The position numbers and the translations under genes are program-made. Below are positions 43,635 to 54,513 of a DNA stretch of 64,000 nucleotides, one piece after another; position 1 is the first letter of the stretch; each line of letters begins with the position of its first letter. A model generated the notes under the pieces. It did not search any database. It was not told the origin of the DNA and was given only the letters and a program-made list of their open reading frames with translations. Source of the DNA: an uncultured delta proteobacterium (GTDB taxonomy: Bacteria > Myxococcota_A > Polyangia > Polyangiales > Houyiibacteriaceae). Location: the NCBI GenBank assembly GCA_963699755.1, contig CAVOVB010000002.1, positions 736,001 through 800,000 on the forward strand. The letters run 5' to 3'.

Positions 43635-45395
43635 ATGCTGCTCGCGCGCTACTTGGAATCCCTCGGCTCACAAGCCATCGAAGAGGCCCTGAGGCTCGGT
43701 GGGTCGAGGCCTGCGTTGGTTCGGCCGACGCAGGATCCGAAGTTCGGCGATTTTCAGATCAACGGCGCGATGCCGCTCGCCAAAGAGCTGAAAAGGCCGC
43801 CGCGCGAGCTCGCACAGAAAATCGCCGAGGCCCTGGCGGGTATTGACGCGATCGACAAAGCGGAAGTCGCGGGGCCTGGCTTCGTCAACATTCACCTCGC
43901 GCCTGCGTGGATCGCTTCGAAGCTCACCGACGGGCTTCGTGATGCTGCGCGTGACGGGGTGCCAGCGGTCCAAGAACCCTCCAAGATCGTCGTCGATTTT
44001 TCGGGCCCGAACATCGCGAAGCAAATGCATGTGGGGCACCTGCGCTCGACGATCATTGGTGACGCGATTTCTCGGATCTTGTCGTTCATTGGGCACGAGG
44101 TCATTCGGGACAATCACCTCGGCGACTGGGGAACGCAGTTTGGGCTCTTGATCGTCGGAATGCGTGAATGGGGCGAAGAAAGCTCGCTGCAATCGGACCC
44201 GATCAAGGAGCTCGAGCGCGTGTATAAGCTCGCATCCGAGCGTGCCGGCCAGGACGAAAGCTTCGCGGAGCGAGCGAGGGAGGAGCTCGTGAAGCTCCAA
44301 AGCGGCGACGAAGAGAACCGTAGGCTCTGGCAGCACTTCGTGGAAGTGAGCCGAGGATCTCTCGATGCGGTGTACGCGGAGCTCGACGTTTCTTTCGACC
44401 AGTGGCTCGGCGAGAGCACGTACCACGATGCGCTCCCCGGCGTGGTCGATAGCCTTCTCGAGCGGGGAATTGCACGAGAAGACGACGGGGCGGTCTGCAT
44501 CTTCTGGGACGAGATCGACAGCGCACCGAAGTCGCTACGTAAGCAGAAAACCCCGTTCATCGTAAGAAAGAAGGACGGCGCGTTTCTCTACTCGACCACC
44601 GACATCGCCACGGTTCAGTACCGGGAGAAGCATCTGCAGGCTGACCGCACGCTCTACGTAGTCGACAACCGGCAGGCGCTCCACTTCCAGCAACTTTTTG
44701 CCGTGATGAAGCTCCTCGACTCGGAGATGGAGCTGGAGCACGTCGGCTTCGGTACGGTGCTCGGAAACGACGGAAAGCCGTTGCGAACAAGGGACGCGAG
44801 TGGTCAGGTAATCACGCTGGCATCGCTCCTCGATGAGTCGAAAGAACGGGCGCGCGCACGAATCGAGGAAGGGATCGCCGAGGGTCGCTTGCGGGTTCGA
44901 CCCGAGGAAATCGACGAGGTGTCGCGGGTCGTGGGCATTGGTGCGGTGAAATATGCCGACCTCAGGCAGAACCGGCTCAGTGACTATCAGTTTGACTGGG
45001 ACAAGATGATCTCGTTCCAGGGTAACGCGGGCCCATACCTCCAATATGCCTATGCGCGCTGTTCATCGATCTTCGCGAAGGGCGAGCTCGACATCGACAC
45101 CGTTGCGAGTGGCGCGACGATCCTGCTCGACACACTGAGCGAGCAAACCCTAGGTAAGCAGTTGCTGCGCTTTGCAGACGTGGTCTATCAGGCAGGTGCG
45201 ACCAGCCAGCCCCATCTGATTTGCGAACACGTCTACGAGCTAGCGCGGGCGTTCAACGGTTTCTACGCCGAGTGTCCGGTGCTCGACGCCGAGGGCGCGA
45301 CCCGCGAAAGCCGGCTCGGGCTGACGGCATCGACCGCCCGACAGATCCGCCGAGGGCTCGGGCTGGTGGGCATCGGCGTCATCGACCGCATGTAG
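43635..45395 (+). CDS. argS: arginyl-tRNA synthetase
   Basis: DFSGPNIAKQMHVGHLRSTIIGD, GDWGTQFG, GAVKYADL, YLQYAYAR. Confidence 0.98.
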   Translation: MLLARYLESLGSQAIEEALRLGGSRPALVRPTQDPKFGDFQINGAMPLAKELKRPPRELAQKIAEALAGIDAIDKAEVAGPGFVNIHLAPAWIASKLTDGLRDAARDGVPAVQEPSKIVVDFSGPNIAKQMHVGHLRSTIIGDAISRILSFIGHEVIRDNHLGDWGTQFGLLIVGMREWGEESSLQSDPIKELERVYKLASERAGQDESFAERAREELVKLQSGDEENRRLWQHFVEVSRGSLDAVYAELDVSFDQWLGESTYHDALPGVVDSLLERGIAREDDGAVCIFWDEIDSAPKSLRKQKTPFIVRKKDGAFLYSTTDIATVQYREKHLQADRTLYVVDNRQALHFQQLFAVMKLLDSEMELEHVGFGTVLGNDGKPLRTRDASGQVITLASLLDESKERARARIEEGIAEGRLRVRPEEIDEVSRVVGIGAVKYADLRQNRLSDYQFDWDKMISFQGNAGPYLQYAYARCSSIFAKGELDIDTVASGATILLDTLSEQTLGKQLLRFADVVYQAGATSQPHLICEHVYELARAFNGFYAECPVLDAEGATRESRLGLTASTARQIRRGLGLVGIGVIDRM

Positions 45396-46450
45396 TGAAA
45401 TCACCGTATTTCCCGCCGCGCGAGCGCGAATGTGCTATGCGAAGCCCGCCAATGAGGGGCCGTGTCGTTCGAACATCCCATCTGAGTCTGTGTCTGAGCG
45501 ACAATCCGCTCGGAGACGCAGCGGAGCGCGAGCTGTACGTCTATCTGCCGCCGCAGTATGACGGGAAGCGCCGATTTCCTGCGGTGATGATGCTCGCCGG
45601 CTTCGGATCGACGAATCATTCGATCGTGGCGTGGAGTCCTTGGAAGCCCAACACGGTCGAGCTTTTCGACCAGCTAATCTCCGAAGGCCGGTGCAAGCCA
45701 GCGATCCTCGTCCTTCCGGATTGCTTCAACCGGTGGGGCGGCTCGCAGTTCATCGATTCCGAAGGTACCGGCCGCTACCAGACTTATCTTGCCGAAGAGG
45801 TCTTTCCTTTCGTCGACGCCGAGTTTCAAACGATCCCCGAACGCGAGGCGCGCGCTGTGGTTGGACGCTCCTCCGGAGGCTTCGGCGCGCTTCGGCTCGG
45901 GATGGACAGGCCAGAGCTCGTCTCGGTGATCGGCAGTCATGCCGGCGATGCGGCGTTCGAGGTCAGCATGCGGCCCATGCTCACGAGCGCAGCGATCGCG
46001 ATCGACTTGGCCGGTGGCCTCCGAGCCTTTGCTGAGGAGATCCCGGTAGCGGGCCCCACGAATGCTTCGCAGTTTGACGCGATCTTCGTGCTCGCCGCTT
46101 CTGCCGCATATTCGCCTGATTCGGCGGAGTTCCCATTCGCACGAGTCCCGATGGACCCCCGGACCGGCGAGCTTCGGGACGATGTCTGGGCCGAGTGGCG
46201 CGAGCAGGATCCGCTCGAGCGGGTGGATACATCCTTAGGGGCTTTGCAAACGATGTCGCTTATTTACATCGATGCAGGCGACAGGGATGAGCACGGGCTA
46301 CACTTCGCAGCGCGGAAGCTCAAGGATGCCCTCAGTCAGCGCGGCCTGCCTGTTTACTACGAGGAGTACGAGGGTGGCCACAGAGGCACCTCGTGGCGCT
46401 ATGAAATTTCGCTACCGCAAATCGTTGAAGCACTTCGAGGACCCGAATGA
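45395..46450 (+). CDS. putative esterase (Fes/IroE-like alpha/beta hydrolase)
   Basis: VYLPPQY, GGSQF, GRSSGG nucleophile, GGH; start uncertain (GTG 45395 or ATG 45437). Confidence 0.85.
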   Translation: MKSPYFPPRERECAMRSPPMRGRVVRTSHLSLCLSDNPLGDAAERELYVYLPPQYDGKRRFPAVMMLAGFGSTNHSIVAWSPWKPNTVELFDQLISEGRCKPAILVLPDCFNRWGGSQFIDSEGTGRYQTYLAEEVFPFVDAEFQTIPEREARAVVGRSSGGFGALRLGMDRPELVSVIGSHAGDAAFEVSMRPMLTSAAIAIDLAGGLRAFAEEIPVAGPTNASQFDAIFVLAASAAYSPDSAEFPFARVPMDPRTGELRDDVWAEWREQDPLERVDTSLGALQTMSLIYIDAGDRDEHGLHFAARKLKDALSQRGLPVYYEEYEGGHRGTSWRYEISLPQIVEALRGPE

Positions 46451-47115
46451 CGACCAAGAAGCAGAGCAGGGAAGAAGAGAAAGAAGCCGGCCAGGCAAAG
46501 AAGGCCAAGAAGGTTGCCGGTGGTGGTGCGGCGGCTGCGGCGCAGAAGATCCTCAACGACGAGAGCCCTCAATCGAAGATCGCCGAACACGGCGAAACCA
46601 TGATGGACGGACCGCGAACCGCTGCCACGCAATCGGCGCGCGTGCTCAGTGAGATCATCGCCGAGAAGCCTGAGCTCGTCGTGCCGCTGGTCGCCAAATT
46701 CGCGAAGGGCATTTCCTCGCCGAACAAGCGGGTCGTGCAAACCTCTGCCGAAGCGCTTCCGGCGATCGCCCGGATCGCACCTGCACGGGTCGCGCGCCAG
46801 CTCGACGTGCTCAAGAGCTCTTTCGAAGGTGCGAACGAGGTGGGCAAGGATGGCCTGGTCAAGGCCTTTGCAGCGCTTTGTACTGCGTCGGTCGCCTATC
46901 AGAAGCGCCTCGAGCCAGTGCTCACGCTCGCGCTCAACGGCGCCGACGGCAAGACGCTATTCGCTTGGAGCCAAATCGTGCTTCCGGCGCTCAAAGGCGA
47001 GCCACATGCGAGGGCCCGTGCCGTCGTCGAAGGCCGACTCGACTTGATTCCGCGTGCGTATGCACAGGAGATCGCGGATTTTCTCGGGATCAAGCTGCGC
47101 CTGCGTTACCGCTGA
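46447..47115 (+). CDS. hypothetical helical (HEAT/ARM-like) protein
   Basis: ATGA overlap with the esterase; amphipathic helical pattern. Confidence 0.7.
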   Translation: MTTKKQSREEEKEAGQAKKAKKVAGGGAAAAAQKILNDESPQSKIAEHGETMMDGPRTAATQSARVLSEIIAEKPELVVPLVAKFAKGISSPNKRVVQTSAEALPAIARIAPARVARQLDVLKSSFEGANEVGKDGLVKAFAALCTASVAYQKRLEPVLTLALNGADGKTLFAWSQIVLPALKGEPHARARAVVEGRLDLIPRAYAQEIADFLGIKLRLRYR

Positions 47116-48016
47116 TCGATCCGGACGAAGTCGTAGTCCTTGTTGCGGTAGTCGAAGTCTCGGTCCTCTAGACCGGGATTGAGCACCAGCTCGGGGTATT
47201 CGTAGGACTCGTAGAGCTTGCCCTCGCGGTCCCAGGACTCCGCCTTGATCAGCATGAAGGTTCGCTTGCCGATGCAGTATGTCCCGCGGCTGGCGTAGTA
47301 ATATGGCACGAATACTCTTTGCCCAGCTTGGAGGTCCGTCGGTGAATCGATCTCTTCGTTGTGGTGAAGGATGACGTACATGTCCTGGCCAACCCGGTCG
47401 GCGAATTCCCACAGGTCCTCTGAGCGCCTGGCCGTGACGTAGCGGCCCCCCGATTGAGACTCGATATCGATGCGCCATGTCGGTTCGCTGCCGACGAGAC
47501 CCCCATCCGAGATTCGGACCGTCGCGTCCTTGCGCGCGATAGCTTTTCGAATGTTGGCGGCAGCCACTTCGAGCATTCGCTCCAGACCAAAGGAAGTGAT
47601 CGGATGATGGTTGTCGGCCATGGCCAGGCGTCCGAACGGGTTCAGGCTCACCGCAACGTCGGGAACCGAGCCCTTGTGCGCTCGGAGCCTGTCCCTGTTG
47701 CTGCCGCGAATGTAAATGCCCTCGCGTCCTTCATGAGGCTTGCCATACTTCACGTACACCTTGAAGGGACGCGAAAACTTGAAGTCGATCGTTTGCTCGA
47801 TGAGCTCATCGCCGATGAGCTCTCGCTTCATCAAGGTGCCTCGATAGTCATAGATGCCAGCCATCGCGTTGAACGACTGCTCGAGCAGCGCCTCGATCCG
47901 AGCAGCATCGGAGACTGGAGGCTCGGGGAGGGCCTGGGCGCTGGCAGACGTGGCGACGAGGGAGAGCGCCGCGGCGAAGAACAGGGCGCATCCCCTTTGG
48001 CGCACCACAAATCGCC

Positions 48017-48020
<4 letters not shown>
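47106..48020 (-). CDS. secreted DUF1571-like protein with an inserted LysM-like domain
   Basis: Signal peptide; DY...KRE...KF.RPFKVY.K...GRE..Y...HPIT..G; internal LWEFA..VILHHN...LQAGQRVFVP segment. Confidence 0.72.
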
Positions 48021-49675
<1,655 letters not shown>

Positions 49676-49737
49676 GGGGCTTTCCTAGCACAGTCGTTGC
49701 GATGTTCGACGGCGCAGAAGCAGGCTATGCTCCGCCC

Positions 49738-50100
49738 ATGATCGTCGTCACCAATCGCATCCCGGTCACCGAGGGCTACGAAATCGATTTCGAGGACCGC
49801 TTTCGTAAGCGCGTACACCTCGTGGACCAGGCCAAGGGTTTCATTCGCAACGAAGTGCACCGGCCGCGGCCGATGGAGCTCGATCACCAGACCGGCGAGT
49901 GGACACGCGGACCTGCCGGAACGGGCTACTACGAGGTCAAGACCTGGTGGCAATCGTTCGACGACTTCGTCGCCTGGACCACGAGTCCTTCGTTTGCAGA
50001 AGCCCACAAGAACCGTCCGCCCAAGGAGATGTTCCGCGGCCCGAACGAGCTCACCATTCACGAGGTGTTTCTGAGCACCGACGACCCGGAGACGCTGTGA
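49738..50100 (+). CDS. ABM-family monooxygenase, IsdG/HmoA-like
   Basis: VVTNRI..FE.RF..R..GF...W.S..F.AW..S..F..AH, with the Asn/Trp/His triad. Confidence 0.85.
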   Translation: MIVVTNRIPVTEGYEIDFEDRFRKRVHLVDQAKGFIRNEVHRPRPMELDHQTGEWTRGPAGTGYYEVKTWWQSFDDFVAWTTSPSFAEAHKNRPPKEMFRGPNELTIHEVFLSTDDPETL

Positions 50101-50963
50101 GCGACCTCGCGACGGACAACCTCGGTTTCGTCGAGTGCTGGAACGAGATCCTGACACCGAAGTGGATTCGCTTCCGGCATCTGCTCTCTGGCAACGGGAA
50201 GGTTCACAGCGACATCGCCTATGCAGACTTCGGCATTCGCGAGGGCGACAAGGTGCTCGACATTGGATGCGGATTTGGAGAAACAGCCCTCGAAATCGCG
50301 GAAATCGTGGGCCCCGGCGGTGAAGTGGTCGGCATCGATTGCACCGACGCCTTTCTCGACATCGCGAAGCAGGAGCGCGACGCGGCCGGCGTCGCCAATG
50401 TCCGCTACGAACTGGGCGATGCGCAGATCTGCAACCTTCCCGAAAGCTACTTCGACGTAGTCTACTCGCGCTTTGGCGTGATGTTCTTCCAGAGCGCGGT
50501 GCGGGCCCTTCGAAACGCCAATCGCGCACTCAAGCCGGGGGGCACGCTTTGTTTGATCGTCTGGCGCTCGCTCGCCGACAACCCTTGCTGGGGTGCAGCC
50601 AAGGAGGTCGTGCTGCGCCACCTTCCGCCTCCAGGGGAAGCCGCCTCGACCTGCGGCCCGGGTCCCTTCTCGATGGCGGGCGAAGAAACCGATCGAGCGA
50701 TGCTCGAGGCAGCCGGGTTCTCGAAGGTTGAAGTCTTCAAGCGCATCGATGCCGACGTCTGCGTCGGAAACGACCTCGAACAGGCGATCGACTATCAAAT
50801 CCTGGTCGGCCCCTCCGGGGAGATCGTCCGCGAAGCCGGCGAGGAAGGGCAACGCAAGCTTCCGATGATCCGGCGAGACCTCGCCGAGCTCATGACGCCC
50901 TATTTGCATGACGACGGCGTGTTCATGCCCTCTAGCACCTGGGCGATCATGGCGCGGAAGTAG
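50097..50963 (+). CDS. class I SAM-dependent methyltransferase
   Basis: VLDIGCGFG, SRFGVMFF, LKPGG; GTGA overlap with the ABM gene. Confidence 0.9.
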   Translation: MSDLATDNLGFVECWNEILTPKWIRFRHLLSGNGKVHSDIAYADFGIREGDKVLDIGCGFGETALEIAEIVGPGGEVVGIDCTDAFLDIAKQERDAAGVANVRYELGDAQICNLPESYFDVVYSRFGVMFFQSAVRALRNANRALKPGGTLCLIVWRSLADNPCWGAAKEVVLRHLPPPGEAASTCGPGPFSMAGEETDRAMLEAAGFSKVEVFKRIDADVCVGNDLEQAIDYQILVGPSGEIVREAGEEGQRKLPMIRRDLAELMTPYLHDDGVFMPSSTWAIMARK

Positions 50964-51060
50964 CAAGGCGATGGCGCGGAAGGCGCTGGGGCGGGACCGA
51001 CTACCGTCGAAGGCGACCAACTCGCTTTCGTGATCTTTGGTCATCGTTCGCGCATTGCGC

Positions 51061-51100
51061 TTGACCGGAATAGAACTTGTTCTAAACTAGACTTAGTTTA
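51061..51100 (+). promoter_or_regulatory. P450 promoter with a KstR-type operator (51071-51084) and a second palindrome (51083-51100)
   Basis: TTGACC-16nt-TAAACT; TAGAACTTGTTCTA = TNNAACNNGTTNNA; TAAACTA-GACT-TAGTTTA. Confidence 0.7.
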
Positions 51101-51145
51101 CATATAGTAAAGTTATATCCGCCCCTCGGGTATATGGAGGATCCC

Positions 51146-52348
51146 GTGCAAAACAAGTGTCCAGCGAAGTTCCAGAATCTCGATTTCTGCGCCCCCTCGA
51201 CGCACGACAACCCGTACGAAATGTACGACTACTTCCTCGAGCACGAGCCGCTCTACTTCGATGAGACCAACGGGGTCTGGGAAGTGTTCCGGTACGACGA
51301 CGTCGTGGCGATCGAGCGCGACACCGAGACCTTCATCAATGGCGAAGGCATTCGGCCGAACATCCCGCCGGATCCAGGCATGATCTACCAAGACGGCGAG
51401 CAGCACAACAAGCAGCGCGCGCTCGTGTCTGCAGGGTTCACTCCCCGTCAGATGCGCAAGATGGAAGACCGGGCTCGCGAGATTGTCGTAGAGCTGGTCG
51501 ACAAGATGCTCGAGAAGGACGAGGTCGAGATCGTCGCCGACCTGGCCGGGGCCCTGCCCGCGCGGCTGATCGCCGACATGCTCGACATCCCGGAAGAAAA
51601 GCGAGCCTCCGTGATGACCTGGATCAACCAGATCATCATCGGCGGATGCGGCCCCGAGTACGTCTCAGACGAGGTCAACGAGGCATTCGAGAACTTCTGC
51701 ATGCACCACGAGGAAATGTACCAGGATCGACTGGCCGCTGGCTGTACGGGCAGTGACCTCCTGACCATCTGGATCAACGCGGAGATCAATGGCGAAAAGC
51801 TCGACGAGTCGCAGCTTCTATTCGAGCACGTCTTGCTCAACGTCGGTGGCGCGGAAACGACGCGTAGCGCGATCGCCGGTGGCCTCGAGCGGCTGAGCAA
51901 CGATCAGAAGCAGTACGATGCGCTCTCCGAAGATCCGTCCCTCATTCCCAATGCGGTGGAAGAGATCATCCGCTGGGTCTGCCCGTTCGTGAACATGTAC
52001 CGGACGGCGACGCGCGACTACGAGATGCATGGCAAGGTGATCAAAGAAGGTCAGCAGGTCGGCCTGACCTACCCGGCCGCGAACCGCGACCCGCGCAAGT
52101 TCAACGACCCGCACACCTTCAACATCTTCCGGGATTTCTCGAAGGAAGCGAAGCATCTCTCGTTCGGCCTGGGGCCTCACTTCTGCCTAGGCGCTTCTCT
52201 CGCGCGCCTCGAAGTACGTCTTTCGCTCGAGGAGATGACGCAGCGTGTGAAGAGGATTCGGGTCCCTGAAGGCAAGGAGGTCGAGTACGTGTCCTCTTCG
52301 TTCACGCGCGGCCTCAGCAAGTTCCCCGCGATCCTCGAGCCCCGTTGA
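51146..52348 (+). CDS. cytochrome P450, CYP142/CYP125-like (putative sterol side-chain or branched-lipid terminal oxidase)
   Basis: I-helix GGAETTR, EEIIR, heme FGLGPHFCLG; ERDTETFINGEGIRP recalls mycobacterial CYP142; GTG 51146 has SD GGAGG (alternative ATG 51134). Confidence 0.92.
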   Translation: MQNKCPAKFQNLDFCAPSTHDNPYEMYDYFLEHEPLYFDETNGVWEVFRYDDVVAIERDTETFINGEGIRPNIPPDPGMIYQDGEQHNKQRALVSAGFTPRQMRKMEDRAREIVVELVDKMLEKDEVEIVADLAGALPARLIADMLDIPEEKRASVMTWINQIIIGGCGPEYVSDEVNEAFENFCMHHEEMYQDRLAAGCTGSDLLTIWINAEINGEKLDESQLLFEHVLLNVGGAETTRSAIAGGLERLSNDQKQYDALSEDPSLIPNAVEEIIRWVCPFVNMYRTATRDYEMHGKVIKEGQQVGLTYPAANRDPRKFNDPHTFNIFRDFSKEAKHLSFGLGPHFCLGASLARLEVRLSLEEMTQRVKRIRVPEGKEVEYVSSSFTRGLSKFPAILEPR

Positions 52349-52458
52349 GGAGATTGCCTCGTGGCCTCCGACGCCGCAGAAGAAAAGACGGGAGATGAGC
52401 TAGGCGGCCGCGACGAAGGCGTCAAGGACTAGTGATTGACCAGGCAGAAGGCTGAACC

Positions 52459-52650
52459 ATGAAAATCGTGTACGACAGAGACAAGTGCAAGCTGCACGCG
52501 CAGTGCCGAGGGGCCGCCCCGGAGCTTTTCTCGTTTGCCCCGGACGGCAGCCTCGTGATTCTCGACGAGAACCCGCCAGAGGAGCTCCGTGAGGCGCTTC
52601 AGGATGCGGTCGACGCCTGCCCCGAGCAGGCGCTTTCCATCGAGGACTGA
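52459..52650 (+). CDS. [3Fe-4S] ferredoxin
   Basis: CKLHAQC...AP..F...ACPEQAL (CxxHxxC..CP). Confidence 0.9.
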   Translation: MKIVYDRDKCKLHAQCRGAAPELFSFAPDGSLVILDENPPEELREALQDAVDACPEQALSIED

Positions 52651-52765
52651 TCTAGGCGATAGCGTGGGGCCGGTTGGGCGGGCCAAACTGGCGCCGTAGG
52701 TGACCGGCCAAAGAGACGACTGCACGCATTCAGCAATCCTTCGTCGTCTGGTAGCTTAGGCACCA

Positions 52766-53380
52766 ATGGCGACATTGCCCAAAGGACTCGTCCGCGGCGA
52801 GGACGGGATTGCACGCTGCTGGTGGGGGGCCAGCACGCCCGACTATGCCGCCTATCACGACCAGGAGTGGGGTTGGCCCGTGCATGACGATCTGCGGCTC
52901 TTCGAAAAGATCTGCCTCGAAGGCTTCCAGTCGGGGCTGAGCTGGCTGACCATCCTGCGAAAGCGCGAGAGTTTCCGAAACGCGTTCGCGGGTTTCGACT
53001 ATCACCGCGTCGCCCGCTTCAACCGGCGAAGCGTCGAACGGCTTCTTCGGGACGCGGGCATCGTCCGACACCGCGGCAAGATCGAGTCCACGATCAACAA
53101 CGCGAAGCGCGCCATCGAGCTGGAGGACGAGTTCGGCTCTCTTTCGGCGTTCTTCTGGGAGCGGGTTCCGCCGAGGGGCGAGCGGCCGAAGCAGATGACG
53201 CACGCGTCACTGATGAAGCTATCGAAAACGCCCACCTCGACAGCCCTCAGCAAGGAGCTCAAGCGTCGAGGCTGGTCTTTCGTGGGCCCGACAACCGTCT
53301 ATGCGTTCATGCAGGCGATGGGCCTGGTCAACGATCACTTGGTAGGTTGCCTCGCCGGCGAGCGCATCGCAAAAAGCTAG
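52766..53380 (+). CDS. tag: DNA-3-methyladenine glycosylase I
   Basis: RCWW, YHDQEWG, LEGFQSGLSW.TILRKR, FVGPTT, NDH..C. Confidence 0.96.
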   Translation: MATLPKGLVRGEDGIARCWWGASTPDYAAYHDQEWGWPVHDDLRLFEKICLEGFQSGLSWLTILRKRESFRNAFAGFDYHRVARFNRRSVERLLRDAGIVRHRGKIESTINNAKRAIELEDEFGSLSAFFWERVPPRGERPKQMTHASLMKLSKTPTSTALSKELKRRGWSFVGPTTVYAFMQAMGLVNDHLVGCLAGERIAKS

Positions 53381-53381
53381 T

Positions 53382-54425
53382 GTGTTCGAGCTCACCAATA
53401 CGTTCTACGGAAACGAAATACGTCGCTGGCTGATTGCGCTGGTAGTCACCGTTGGCGTCCTGATCGTTCTACGGGTCATCGAGCAAGTCCTCATCGTTCG
53501 GATGCAGCGGCTCGCAGAGAAAACCCAGACGATGGTCGACGACATCGTCACCGGCTCGCTCAGAAAGACCAAGGTGCTCTTCCTCTTGGTCGTGTCGATC
53601 TTCGCGGGTTCGCTTTCGCTGAAACTAGAACCCGACGTTCGCTCGATCGCCTTGCACACACTGATCATCGCAACCCTGATTCAGGGCGGCATCTGGATCA
53701 GCACAGGGCTACAGATCTGGCTCGAGCACTATCGACGGACCGAAGTGGACGGCGCCAACCGTACGACGATGAACGCGTTGAGCTTCATCGGGAGACTCGT
53801 CCTTTGGATCACCGTCTTTCTGCTGGTCTTCGACAATCTCGGGATTGACGTCACGGCGCTGGTTGCCGGGCTGGGCATCGGCGGCGTCGCGATCGCACTA
53901 GCTGTGCAGAACATCCTCGGCGACCTATTCGCCTCGCTCTCGATCGTCCTCGACAAGCCGTTCGTGAATGGAGATTTCATCGTGGTCGGCGACATGGCGG
54001 GCTCGGTCGTGCACGTCGGCATCAAGACCACGCGCATTCGTAGCATCTCTGGTGAGCAGCTGGTCTTCTCCAACTCGGATCTTCTTCAGAGCCGTATCCG
54101 CAACTTCGGCCGTATGGAGCAGCGTCGCGTGGTGTTCTCACTCGGGGTCACCTATCAAACGCCTGCGCAGAAGCTCGAACGAATTCCGTCGCTGATTCGG
54201 GCCGCGATCGAAGCGCAGGAGCACGTCCGTTTCGACCGCAGCCATTTCGCCTCTTACGGCGATTCCTCGCTCAACTTCGAAACCGTCTACTACGTCGAAT
54301 CTTCCGACTATACGACGCACATGGACATCCTCCAGGCGGTCAACCTCGGCATCTACCGGACCTTCGAGGACGAGGGCATCGAGTTCGCCTACCCGACGCA
54401 AACCTTGTACCTGAGCAAAGAATAG
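53382..54425 (+). CDS. MscS-family mechanosensitive channel
   Basis: LVAGLGIGG.AIALA.Q..L.D..A...DKPF..GD, IEFAYPTQ. Confidence 0.93.
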   Translation: MFELTNTFYGNEIRRWLIALVVTVGVLIVLRVIEQVLIVRMQRLAEKTQTMVDDIVTGSLRKTKVLFLLVVSIFAGSLSLKLEPDVRSIALHTLIIATLIQGGIWISTGLQIWLEHYRRTEVDGANRTTMNALSFIGRLVLWITVFLLVFDNLGIDVTALVAGLGIGGVAIALAVQNILGDLFASLSIVLDKPFVNGDFIVVGDMAGSVVHVGIKTTRIRSISGEQLVFSNSDLLQSRIRNFGRMEQRRVVFSLGVTYQTPAQKLERIPSLIRAAIEAQEHVRFDRSHFASYGDSSLNFETVYYVESSDYTTHMDILQAVNLGIYRTFEDEGIEFAYPTQTLYLSKE

Positions 54426-54455
54426 GCGCGTGATATCGGGACCCTCGCTCTTTTG

Positions 54456-54482
54456 TGAAACATCTCGCCGACTCTGGCGTTA
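54456..54482 (+). promoter_or_regulatory. ECF-sigma-type promoter upstream of msrAB
   Basis: TGAAAC-N16-CGTTA. Confidence 0.55.
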
Positions 54483-54513
54483 AGGGGGCTGAGCCTTAGA
54501 TGAGGAACTGGCG

